64,000 bases of DNA, from positions 2,131-66,130 of the forward strand of contig DATHJH010000004.1 of NCBI GenBank assembly GCA_035489815.1. Reading direction: 5' to 3'. The notes under the pieces are model-generated. The model was not told the origin of the DNA and ran no database searches. It worked only from the letters and a program-made list of their open reading frames with translations. Position 1 is the stretch's first letter. Each line of letters starts with the position of its first letter. Shown here piece after piece: positions 30,619-39,196 of this stretch. The translations under genes were made by a program, and so were the position numbers. Origin of the DNA: Candidatus Limnocylindria bacterium (GTDB lineage: Bacteria; Patescibacteriota; Saccharimonadia; Saccharimonadales; JAGQNK01).

Positions 30619-31152
30619 GTGGCTGACTATAATCTAATCCTTGATGCCGGTGACGTAGAGGGCGGCGTTCTCAACACCGTTATAGAAATCCCAAAGTGGT
30701 CCACGCTTAAGATAGAGTGGAACCGCAAATTAGCCGTCTTTGAACTGGACCGGGTAGAACCCAGCATCTTTGCCAAGCCCGTCAACTACGGCTTTATCCC
30801 CCAGACCCTGGATGAAGACGGCGATGAGCTGGACACGCTGGTGCTCACCAACGATCCAATCCCTACAGGTGTCTACGTCAAAGCCCGCGTCATTGGCGTC
30901 CTGAACTTCGAAGACGACGGTGAAATGGACCACAAGATCATCTGCGTGCCAGTGGACGACCGCAATACGGACAACGCCATCAAGTCCATAGCCGACCTCC
31001 ACGACCGCTGGAAGCAAAAGATCGAACACCACTTCAGCCACTACAAAGACCTCAAAAAACCCGGCAGCACCAAAGTCCTGGGCTGGGGCGACGCCGAAGC
31101 CGCCAAGAAGATCATCAAAGAGTGCGTGGCAGCTTACGAAAAAGAAGCTTAA
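30619..31152 (+). CDS. ppa: Inorganic pyrophosphatase (family I)
   Basis: VIEIPKWS..KIEW..., YGFIPQTLDEDGDELDTLVL and HKIICVPVDD match family I PPase. GTG start at 30619, 8 nt after GGAGG. ORF-track ATG 30538 overlaps TATAAT 30533-30538. Confidence 0.9.
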   Translation: MADYNLILDAGDVEGGVLNTVIEIPKWSTLKIEWNRKLAVFELDRVEPSIFAKPVNYGFIPQTLDEDGDELDTLVLTNDPIPTGVYVKARVIGVLNFEDDGEMDHKIICVPVDDRNTDNAIKSIADLHDRWKQKIEHHFSHYKDLKKPGSTKVLGWGDAEAAKKIIKECVAAYEKEA

Positions 31153-31194
31153 TCGGCATCAATTTTAGGCTATATTAATCATGTAGGAGGCGGA

Positions 31195-31539
31195 ATGGGT
31201 TACAGCATTGAGGTCCTGGGAATTGGCAACGTAGATAAGCCGGCGGCTGTTGGCCGCAGAGAAGTATTTGACGTTACAGGACGAACAGACTTAGCCGTTG
31301 CCGCCTTGGGATCACTCGGCTTGATTACTGATCTGGACGCAGCACACGAAACTATCGGCAAAAGCATGCAAGTACTTAACGATGCGGTCGCAGCAGAGCA
31401 TGGTGACCAGCCCGATATAGAACCCTATGTGGGCATTGAGTTACCGAAAGGGGTTGGACTCACCAGATTGCTCACAACACTTGCCTCCCAGGGACTGCCA
31501 GTGTGGGGAGACGAGTCCGACGAAGACCTTGCAAAATAG
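31195..31539 (+). CDS. Hypothetical protein (114 aa)
   Basis: ORF preceded by aggagg. No domain recognised. Confidence 0.45.
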   Translation: MGYSIEVLGIGNVDKPAAVGRREVFDVTGRTDLAVAALGSLGLITDLDAAHETIGKSMQVLNDAVAAEHGDQPDIEPYVGIELPKGVGLTRLLTTLASQGLPVWGDESDEDLAK

Positions 31540-31605
31540 ACCGGACTTGATCATGCCCAGCTTAGTACCCGAACCTTTGGAGAATCGCAAACGCAAACTG
31601 ATAGC

Positions 31606-32013
31606 GTGGTAAGAGCGCAAGCTTTGGGCATGCAGCTTTCTAATGGGCATTCCCATGAAGAGGGCTTACAGTTTACCGGCCTATCCATAGGCGAGCAGGC
31701 AGAAGCTATCAAAACCAAGCAAGGCGAACAGCCGGCAGGTTCTCGCCTGGAGTTAGAGCCAATTAGTCCGGTGGGTTACCTTATACTGGATATTCAGCGC
31801 CGCGAAGAAGGCAGGCAATTGCTGGACAGGTACACACAAACCCGCTTCGTGCAACTTGCTGGGCAGCTCAGTGGTCAAAGAAGCACACCCGCTGCTGATT
31901 CATTCTACCCCTCAGGCGCAGGCGCGCCACAAGTCCGCCTGCTTAGCATGAATGAGCTGGCATTTTCCGCGGGTGGCGTGCGTGTGGTAGAAAGAGTAAA
32001 GACACCCTCGTAG
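31606..32013 (+). CDS. Hypothetical protein (about 127-135 aa, start uncertain)
   Basis: ORF with a GTG or ATG start. No domain recognised. The overlapping upstream ORF 31427..31612 in another frame leaves the true 5' end unclear. Confidence 0.4.
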   Translation: MVRAQALGMQLSNGHSHEEGLQFTGLSIGEQAEAIKTKQGEQPAGSRLELEPISPVGYLILDIQRREEGRQLLDRYTQTRFVQLAGQLSGQRSTPAADSFYPSGAGAPQVRLLSMNELAFSAGGVRVVERVKTPS

Positions 32014-32014
32014 T

Positions 32015-32182
32015 GGCGTTACTCATTAGACCTCTTTCCAACCCTCCGGAGAATCCGAAACACCGTTTGAGGAGTAAGATAGCAGTTTTCTTGGGCTGCA
32101 AAGGTAGCCGTAGCTACCTTTCAGACCAAAAAAACTGGTAGCTTGCCCTCAAATGATGTTGCAGGACACGGGGGTTTGGAAA
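32015..32182. repeat. Family D long hairpin element, copy 2
   Basis: Outer arms attagacctctttccaaccc and gggggtttggaaagaggtctaat pair. Central hairpin aaaggtagc-cgta-gctaccttt (32090-32111) carries a compensatory C:G to G:C swap relative to copy 1. Confidence 0.75.
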
Positions 32183-32266
32183 GAGGTCTAATTGTTGCGG
32201 TTCCACTCTCAAGGCTCTACAATAAAATATGACTATGCTAATGCTTTAAGATAGGGGTGCCTACGA

Positions 32267-33304
32267 ATGAAAACGAAAGTAGCTATTAATGGGTTTGGGC
32301 GGATTGGCCGCAGTGCTTTTAAGGTAGCCTTTGAACGCAGCGACCTGGACATCGTGGCCATAAACGACCTGACCGACACTAAAACCCTGGCACACCTGCT
32401 GAAACACGACAGCAATTACGGGACTTATGGGCATGAGGTCGGCTTTGACGAAACCGACATAAAAGTAGATGGCAAAGCCATCAAAGTCCTGGCAGAGAAA
32501 GACCCGGCCAAGCTGCCCTGGAAAGACCTGGGCGTAGATGTGGTGATAGAATGCACCGGCTTTTTTGTAAAGCCGGAACTGGCCCAGGCGCACATCAAGG
32601 CAGGGGCTAAAAAGGTCGTTATATCTGCACCAGCCAAGGGTGAGGGCGCCAATACTATTGTCCTGGGCGTCAACGAAGACACCATAGAGGGTTCCGGGGA
32701 GATCATCAGCAACGCGTCCTGCACCACTAACTGCATTACCCCGGTCGCAGCGATTATAGAAAGCAACTTTGGCATAGAAAAAGCCATGATGACCACCGTC
32801 CACAGTTACACCGCCAGCCAGCGCCTGCAGGACGCCCCGGCCAAGGACTTACGCGAAGCCCGCAACGCGGCAGAAAACATCGTACCCACCACCACCGGCG
32901 CTTCCATTGCCGCTGCCAAGGCACTGCCTGCCCTGGAGGGCATTTTTGGCGGCATGAGCATTCGGGTTCCCACCCCGGTCGTTTCGCTCTGTGATTTTGT
33001 GATCATTACCAAACGCCCCGTCACGGTAGAGGAAGTCAACGAAGCATTTAAAAAGGCCGCCAAGGAACCGTACTACCAGGGTATTCTGGACGTGACAGAG
33101 GAGGAATTGGTCAGCAGCGACTTCATTGGCAACAGTCATTCGGCCATTGTAGACCTCAAACTCACCGCTGTAGTAAGCGGCAATATGCTCAAGGTCGTAG
33201 CCTGGTATGACAACGAGTGGGGCTACAGCAACCGCCTGGTAGAAGTCGTGGCCGATGTTGGCCAGTTTCTGCACAAAGCAAACGGAGGACAGCATGAAGG
33301 CTAA
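32267..33304 (+). CDS. gap: Type I glyceraldehyde-3-phosphate dehydrogenase
   Basis: INGFGRIGR, SNASCTTNC (catalytic Cys) and WYDNEWGYS. Confidence 0.95.
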   Translation: MKTKVAINGFGRIGRSAFKVAFERSDLDIVAINDLTDTKTLAHLLKHDSNYGTYGHEVGFDETDIKVDGKAIKVLAEKDPAKLPWKDLGVDVVIECTGFFVKPELAQAHIKAGAKKVVISAPAKGEGANTIVLGVNEDTIEGSGEIISNASCTTNCITPVAAIIESNFGIEKAMMTTVHSYTASQRLQDAPAKDLREARNAAENIVPTTTGASIAAAKALPALEGIFGGMSIRVPTPVVSLCDFVIITKRPVTVEEVNEAFKKAAKEPYYQGILDVTEEELVSSDFIGNSHSAIVDLKLTAVVSGNMLKVVAWYDNEWGYSNRLVEVVADVGQFLHKANGGQHEG

Positions 33305-33812
33305 AGTTGGGTTGACTACTGATCACGCGGGCTTTGAGCAGATAAAGCAGCTGCAGGAATACCTCGCGGCCATGGGCTATGAGTGCATCTACTATGGCCC
33401 CCACACCCTGGACATGGCTGACGACTATCCGGATTTCATCCGCCCTGCCGCGCATGCTCTGGCCAAAGGCGAAGTAGATATGGCGGTTATCATGGGGGGC
33501 AGTGGGCAAGGAGAGGCTATGGTAGCCAACCGTATAGCCGGTGTCCGCTGCGCCGTGTACTACGGCCCTGCAGCCGCGCTAAGCACCATTGATGCCGAAG
33601 GCAGGATGGCCGCCGACCAGTACGAAAACCTACGGCTTTCGCGCCAGCACAACAATGCCAATATGTTAAGCGTCGCCGCCCGGTTTGTCAGCCAGCCTGA
33701 TATTGAAAAAGCGGTGGACGTTTGGCTGGAGACACCCTTCAGTGATGTCGAACGCCACACCCGCCGGGTTGCCAAGATTGACCAAACGGCAGTGGTACAG
33801 GGGACGAAGTAA
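33294..33812 (+). CDS. rpiB: Ribose-5-phosphate isomerase B (RpiB/LacA/LacB family)
   Basis: VGLTTDHAGFE....YYGP.....DDYPDF....A.......AVIMGGSGQGEAMVANR..GVRCA. Start at MKAKV after ggagga; it overlaps the gap 3' end. Confidence 0.8.
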   Translation: MKAKVGLTTDHAGFEQIKQLQEYLAAMGYECIYYGPHTLDMADDYPDFIRPAAHALAKGEVDMAVIMGGSGQGEAMVANRIAGVRCAVYYGPAAALSTIDAEGRMAADQYENLRLSRQHNNANMLSVAARFVSQPDIEKAVDVWLETPFSDVERHTRRVAKIDQTAVVQGTK

Positions 33813-33865
33813 TCTCAGGCGGATATGGAAGAGTTGAGTTAGGTTCATAGGGTATACTGTCTGCT

Positions 33866-34795
33866 ATGAAGTACGGCCAGAGAACAGCCATCGTCTGCAG
33901 TATAGGACTTTTAGGTGCAGCCTGTGGCCAGAGCGGTCACGAGTTAGACATAGAGTATGATCCTGAATCGATAGCAGCTGAGTATAAGGAGCTGCCCGCA
34001 GAGGTTCTAGGGGCTACTGGCAGTACTGTGTTAGTAGGGGTAAAGGTAGAGAATCCAGAATCAACTGCTGCCCCAGGGTCGGTTCAGATTGACGGTGCGT
34101 CTGGTGTGGTTGTAGAGCAACATGGCAAAAAGCTTATCCTTACCGCCAGGCATGTGCTGGAGACAGTCGACCTTACATGTCAAAGTGGAGTCGTAGCAGT
34201 TGATCTAAATCCTGATCCTGAGCTAGTTGAGCCGTACGCGGGGTACATAGAAAGGTTTTATACAGAGGAAGGGGAGCATGACCTGGCAATCATAGAGCCA
34301 ACGGCTGCCTTTGCAGAAAAACTTGAGACAATACCCGCTGTGCCCCTCCTTTCTGAAGAGGAACTAGAGCAGCAAGGAAAGGTAGGCCAGGCTGTTTTCT
34401 TTAGTAATTATGAGGTATTACCCGGCGCAGCCCACACGCCGTTCGCTGCCCCAGCCAATGAAGGGTATCCAAGCGTCTTTGCTGGAATGCTGATTGACCA
34501 AACCCAGAGCGGCAATGCGGTAGTAGTAGATGGCATACGGGGATATGGCCACACTGAGATGAGCGTACTTGCTGACCGTGCCAGCGGCGGTCCCGTGGTT
34601 TTCCCAGGTGGAACCCTTTTTGGACTATCTATTCTAAGGGAACCAGAATCGCTCAATGAAGATGAAATCAGAAGAGACTATGACACAAAGGTACCTGACG
34701 GCGAATACTCCATAGGCTATGTAGAGCCGGTGTGGGAAAAGCAGGTGGAAGCGCTTGTGAAAGGCTTAGAGGCTGAGCGTGCTTGTCCTGACTAG
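33866..34795 (+). CDS. Putative lipoprotein, trypsin-like (S1/PA-clan) serine peptidase fold
   Basis: Lipobox LLGAAC. Candidate triad contexts are TARHVLE, HDLAII and RASGGPVVF. Confidence 0.5.
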   Translation: MKYGQRTAIVCSIGLLGAACGQSGHELDIEYDPESIAAEYKELPAEVLGATGSTVLVGVKVENPESTAAPGSVQIDGASGVVVEQHGKKLILTARHVLETVDLTCQSGVVAVDLNPDPELVEPYAGYIERFYTEEGEHDLAIIEPTAAFAEKLETIPAVPLLSEEELEQQGKVGQAVFFSNYEVLPGAAHTPFAAPANEGYPSVFAGMLIDQTQSGNAVVVDGIRGYGHTEMSVLADRASGGPVVFPGGTLFGLSILREPESLNEDEIRRDYDTKVPDGEYSIGYVEPVWEKQVEALVKGLEAERACPD

Positions 34796-34964
34796 CGTTC
34801 GCGCGACAAACTCCTGGCTTTAGTCTGGGGCATTTGATGAGCAGAACTTAGACTGGGCAAGTTGCCTGGACATAGGCATAAACGGTATGCTTAGTAGCAT
34901 ATGGCTTCCAGTACTCATCTCAAAACCCTTTTCAAGTGCGAAAAGCATGTCCTGGTAGTGCCAG

Positions 34965-35019
34965 CCAGTTGTTCTTGTGACAAAGCGTATCTAGATACGC
35001 TGCGAAGCAAAACAACTGG
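34965..35019. promoter_or_regulatory. Nested dyad upstream of rpe: ccagttgtt ... AGCGTATCTAGATACGCT ... aacaactgg
   Basis: Perfect 18-bp palindrome at 34984-35001, flanked by perfect 9-bp inverted arms at 34965-34973 and 35011-35019. Confidence 0.5.
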
Positions 35020-35063
35020 TCTGGTGCACCAGGTATGGTTTGTAGCAGAAAGGGGGTTTTGAG

Positions 35064-35714
35064 ATGAGTACTGGAACCAGTATTTGTCCCGCAGTTTTAG
35101 CTGGTGAACCTCATGAGTTTCGTGAGCAGATAGAGCGTGTGTCGCCGTTTGCCAAGCGTATTCAGATTGACCTCATGGACGGGGTTTTTGCGCCCACTAA
35201 GTCTTTGGACCTTGCCCAGGTCTGGTGGCCGCCGCAGATTTTGGCCGACATTCACCTGATGTTCCAGCAGCCCGACGACCATCTGGAGGCGCTCATCAAG
35301 CTAAAGCCGCATATGGTCATTATTCATACCGAAGCCAAAGTGCATCACATGCGCTTTGCGGCCGAACTGCACCGCCATAACATCAAAGCCGGCCTGGCCC
35401 TGCTAAAGGAAACACCTGTAGAATGGGCAGAGCAAATCATGCACAGCTTTGACCACCTGCTGGTCTTTAGCGGCGACCTGGGCCGGTTTGGGGGGCAGGC
35501 CGACCTGACACTCCTGGGTAAGGTCAAAAAAGCTCGCAGCCACCACCCGGACATAGAAATCGGCTGGGACGGCGGCATCAACGCAGATAATGCCAAGGTG
35601 CTTGCCGATGGGGGCGTAGACGTACTGAACGTCGGCGGCTTCATCCAAAAGGCAGAGGATCCCAAAAGCGCTTATGCTACACTGGAAGCGGCAATAACGG
35701 GTACACATGAATAA
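35064..35714 (+). CDS. Ribulose-phosphate 3-epimerase family protein (divergent)
   Basis: IQIDLMDGVFAP, IHLM, G..GRFGGQ and WDGGINADNAKVLADGGVDVLNVGGFI parallel the Rpe TIM-barrel motifs. Confidence 0.7.
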   Translation: MSTGTSICPAVLAGEPHEFREQIERVSPFAKRIQIDLMDGVFAPTKSLDLAQVWWPPQILADIHLMFQQPDDHLEALIKLKPHMVIIHTEAKVHHMRFAAELHRHNIKAGLALLKETPVEWAEQIMHSFDHLLVFSGDLGRFGGQADLTLLGKVKKARSHHPDIEIGWDGGINADNAKVLADGGVDVLNVGGFIQKAEDPKSAYATLEAAITGTHE

Positions 35715-36594
35715 AAAACTCACCCTGCAGGAACTTGAAATCAAGGCCTATGACATCCGGATGGACCTCATTCGAATGTTGGAACAGGCCGGTTCCGGCC
35801 ATAGCGCCGGACCATTGGGTCTGGCCGATATTTTTACGGCTCTTTATTTTGACATTATGAGATACGACCCAAAAAACCCGGATTGGGACGAACGGGACAT
35901 TATGCTGCTCAGCAACGGCCACTGCGTGCCCATCCAGTATGTCACCATGGCCCACGCAGGCTTCTTTGATAAGTCAGAACTAAAAACCTTGCGGCAATTC
36001 GGATCACGATTGCAAGGACACCCGGAACGTCTCAAACTGCCCGGGCTGGAAAATACCAGCGGCCCCTTGGGCTGCGGGCTGAGCCAAGCCGCCGGTATGG
36101 CACTGGCCATGCGTATGAACCAGCAACACCACCGCTGGATATACGTGGGGATGAGCGATGGCGAACAGGACGAAGGCAATGTTTGGGAAGCGGCGCTGCT
36201 AGCCAGCAAATACAAACTGAACAACATCATTGCCATTACCGATCGCAACAACATACAAATTGACGGTCCGACGGAGGAGATCATGCCTCTGGGCGATTTG
36301 AAGGCCAAGTGGGAGGCCTTTGGCTGGCACGTCATAGAGATTGACGGCAATAATATGGAGGCCGTCATTGACGCTTGCGCCATGGGCCGGGCAGTTGTGG
36401 AAAAGCCAGTTATGATCATTGCCTATACCGTACCCGGCAAAGGGGTCAAATTTATGGAATACGACTTCCATTGGCACGGTGCCCCACCAGGGGGTATTCA
36501 GCCGGCCGGATCACCCGAAAAGGCCAGCCAGGCCAAAATTGCGTTGCATGAACTTAGGACTTTGCAGGGCAAAATCAGGAGCGAACATGAGTAG
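35707..36594 (+). CDS. Transketolase, N-terminal (TPP-binding) subunit
   Basis: GSGHSAGPLGLADI, SNGH and GMSDGEQDEGNVWEA. Size and end point match split transketolases. Confidence 0.9.
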   Translation: MNKKLTLQELEIKAYDIRMDLIRMLEQAGSGHSAGPLGLADIFTALYFDIMRYDPKNPDWDERDIMLLSNGHCVPIQYVTMAHAGFFDKSELKTLRQFGSRLQGHPERLKLPGLENTSGPLGCGLSQAAGMALAMRMNQQHHRWIYVGMSDGEQDEGNVWEAALLASKYKLNNIIAITDRNNIQIDGPTEEIMPLGDLKAKWEAFGWHVIEIDGNNMEAVIDACAMGRAVVEKPVMIIAYTVPGKGVKFMEYDFHWHGAPPGGIQPAGSPEKASQAKIALHELRTLQGKIRSEHE

Positions 36595-36710
36595 GCGTAA
36601 AATACTTTCGTATTTTAGAAGTGAGGAGATAGGAGTGCGGAGTGCGAAGGGGCTGCAACTCCTGACTCATGACTCCGCACTTCTGACTCCGCGACTGAAA
36701 GGAGCTGCCC

Positions 36711-37703
36711 ATGGCTGATATGTATCTTGTCAAAGACCTCTTAGCGGACGACATCAAAAAAGAAGCCACCCGCAAAGGCTTTGGCCGCGGGCTCAAAAAA
36801 GCCGGGGAGATTGACGAACAGGTTGTTGCCGCCTGCGCCGACCTGACAGAATCCACCAATATGAGTCTCTTTGCTGAGGCATTTCCCGAGCGGTTTATCG
36901 ACGTCGGCGTGGCTGAACAAAACCTGGTGACAGTCGGTTCAGGCTTGGCAGCACAGAACAAAATTCCATTTGTCAGCAGTTACGCCGCCTTTAGTCCCGG
37001 CCGCAACTGGGAACAAATCCGCACTACCATCTGCCTGAACGAACGGCCGGTAAAAATCGTCGGCTCCCACGCTGGCGTGTCCGTTGGCCCGGACGGCGCC
37101 ACCCATCAGATGCTGGAAGACATCGCCCTGATGCGCGTATTGCCACATATGGTTGTCGTTGTGCCTGGTGATAGCGTAGAAGCAGAAAAGGCCACGCTTG
37201 CCATGGCGGCAGACAAGATAAACCCCGGGTACCTGCGCCTGGCGCGGGCTGACAGCCCAATCTTTACCACTGACAAAACACCCTTTGAAATTGGTAAGGC
37301 CTATGTGTTCGACGAAGGTCAGGACGTCACCATCATCGCCACCGGTAACCTCACCTACCAGGCCCTGGTGGCTGCCGAAAAACTGTTCAAGGACGGCATA
37401 GACGCTGAAGTCATTCATTGCCCAACCATCAAGCCGCTGGACGCTGCAACCATTCTGTCCAGCGTCAAAAAAACCGGAGCCGTTGTAACCGTAGAAGAAG
37501 CCCAGATTGCGGGCGGGCTGGGCGGAGCAATTGCTGAACTGCTGGGCGAAAACCATCCGGTACCCATGATGCGCATCGGCATGAAAGACCGCTTTGGCGA
37601 ATCGGGCAAGCCAGAGGAACTGCTGGAATACTTTGGCCTGACCGCCAAACACATCGCCCTGGCCGCCCATCACGTATCGGATAAGAAGAAGGCAAAAGGG
37701 TAG
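36711..37703 (+). CDS. Transketolase, C-terminal (pyrimidine-binding) subunit
   Basis: FIDVGVAEQNLV, THQMLEDIALMR and a C-terminal domain ending ...EELLEYFGL. Confidence 0.9.
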   Translation: MADMYLVKDLLADDIKKEATRKGFGRGLKKAGEIDEQVVAACADLTESTNMSLFAEAFPERFIDVGVAEQNLVTVGSGLAAQNKIPFVSSYAAFSPGRNWEQIRTTICLNERPVKIVGSHAGVSVGPDGATHQMLEDIALMRVLPHMVVVVPGDSVEAEKATLAMAADKINPGYLRLARADSPIFTTDKTPFEIGKAYVFDEGQDVTIIATGNLTYQALVAAEKLFKDGIDAEVIHCPTIKPLDAATILSSVKKTGAVVTVEEAQIAGGLGGAIAELLGENHPVPMMRIGMKDRFGESGKPEELLEYFGLTAKHIALAAHHVSDKKKAKG

Positions 37704-37707
37704 AATC

Positions 37708-38619
37708 ATGTCACTGACACTCAGACAAATGCGGGAAAATTGCCAGCGGGCGCGCCAGGCCATGCAGCGGGCGCGGGAGCAGCACTTTGCCCTGGGCGCC
37801 TTTAACCTGGATAACCAGGAGACGCTAATAGCCGTGGCTCGGGCTGCCAAGGCCAAAAACGCTCCGCTGATGGTAGAAATCAGTCAGGGAGAAGCCGACG
37901 CCCTTGGCCTGGATAACGTCCGCGACATGGTGGACAATTACATCCAGCAATACGGCATAGAAATGTACATCAACTTGGATCACAGCCCCACCATTGCCGG
38001 GGCAATCGCCGGCATAGAGGCCGGGTTTGAGTTCATACACATCGACATCAGCCAGGCACGGCCTCATGCAACCCTGGAAGAGATCATTGCCGAAACCAGG
38101 CAAGTCGTAAATTATGCGCGGCTAACCGGAGCCATGGTAGAAAGCGAGCCCCACTACTTTGGCGGCTCATCCAACCTCCATACCGAAAAGATCGACTACG
38201 AAGAAATCAAGAAGACCTTTAGCACCCCCGAAGGCACCAGATCTTTCGTGGAGGCTACCGGGATTGATACCTACGCCGCAGCCGTCGGCAATCTGCACGG
38301 CAAATACCCCGTACCCAAAAAACTCGATCTGGATTTGCTCCGCCAAATCCGTGAAGCCGTTGACTGCAACATCTCACTACACGGCGGCAGCGGTACGCCA
38401 GGGCACTATTTTGTAGAAGCCGTAAAGATTGGGGTTAGCAAGGTAAACATCAACTCTGACATGCGTGTAGCCTACAGAAATACATTAGAAGACGTTCTAC
38501 AAAAAAACAAATCTGAATATGCGGTCGTAAAGCTGATGGATGACGTCATAGATGCCGTCCAGGGTGTAGTAGAAAGCAAACTAGACATGTTCAACGCTGC
38601 CGGCAAAGCTCTAGTATGA
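37708..38619 (+). CDS. fba: Class II fructose-bisphosphate aldolase
   Basis: ALGAFNLDNQETLIAVARAA, NLDHS, LHGGSGTP and KVNINSD. Confidence 0.85.
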   Translation: MSLTLRQMRENCQRARQAMQRAREQHFALGAFNLDNQETLIAVARAAKAKNAPLMVEISQGEADALGLDNVRDMVDNYIQQYGIEMYINLDHSPTIAGAIAGIEAGFEFIHIDISQARPHATLEEIIAETRQVVNYARLTGAMVESEPHYFGGSSNLHTEKIDYEEIKKTFSTPEGTRSFVEATGIDTYAAAVGNLHGKYPVPKKLDLDLLRQIREAVDCNISLHGGSGTPGHYFVEAVKIGVSKVNINSDMRVAYRNTLEDVLQKNKSEYAVVKLMDDVIDAVQGVVESKLDMFNAAGKALV

Positions 38620-38651
38620 ACTCAATGAAAAAGTACAGACATGCGCTCCTT

Positions 38652-38680
38652 GTAGGACCGCATGTCCTACTTGAATTTTG
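38652..38680 (+). terminator. Hairpin gtaggac-cgcat-gtcctac followed by ttgaattttg
   Basis: A 7-bp stem plus a T-rich tail, 33 nt after the fba stop. Confidence 0.4.
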
Positions 38681-38790
38681 CGCGGAATGTGCTCAGCCTA
38701 TAGTCAAGTTCCTGGACAAAAAAAAGCTACTGCAGGATAAGCTTGAATGTTACGGTTTCAAAAAAGAAGCGGAACCAGTATCATAGTTGC

Positions 38791-39123
38791 ATGAGCCTAA
38801 CGAAAGCCGACCTGCAAGCCATAAGCAAAATCGTGAACGAGGCAATTGAAGACTCGAAGCTTCACACTGCCGCCGGTTTTGCGGAGGTTCACGAGAAGTT
38901 CGCGGAGGTTCACGAGAAATTTGGGGAAGTTCACAACAAGTTCGCGGAGGTTCACAACAAGTTTGGGGAAGTTCACGAGAAGTTGGATCACCAAACGGCC
39001 GATTTGAGCGACGTAAAGGCTACGGTCAACCGGATCGAAAACATTCAGCGAGCTGAGGTGAATCGAGTAGACGAGCAGGCAAAAGCTACCGCTTCTATAA
39101 AGAGAAAGCTAAAACTGGCGTAA
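38791..39123 (+). CDS. Small helical protein with five tandem FAEVHEK-type heptads
   Basis: Start at MSLTKADL (TATCAT 38779-38784 lies 6 nt upstream). Contains FAEVHEK FAEVHEK FGEVHNK FAEVHNK FGEVHEK. Confidence 0.55.
   Translation: MSLTKADLQAISKIVNEAIEDSKLHTAAGFAEVHEKFAEVHEKFGEVHNKFAEVHNKFGEVHEKLDHQTADLSDVKATVNRIENIQRAEVNRVDEQAKATASIKRKLKLA
38878..38982 (+). repeat. In-frame tandem repeat, 5 x 21 bp
   Basis: Units ttt/ttc gcg/ggg gag/gaa gtt cac gag/aac aag/aaa, read directly. Confidence 0.9.
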
Positions 39124-39196
39124 AACGAAATGGGTGGGATATAAATGGCACCGCAACGACTGGTGAGTAAAAAAGCATGACCAGGAGAGGGCGGGA

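Noticed and set aside
36939-37856. 305-aa minus-strand ORF
   Set aside because: It is entirely antisense to the well-supported transketolase C-terminal subunit and the fba start. It has no recognisable motif and an Arg/Gly/Ala-rich composition typical of antisense frames.
38878-38982. Possible CRISPR array or minisatellite
   Set aside because: The 21-bp units are contiguous with no spacers, in frame, and inside a coding sequence. No cas genes are present. It is called a coding tandem repeat instead.
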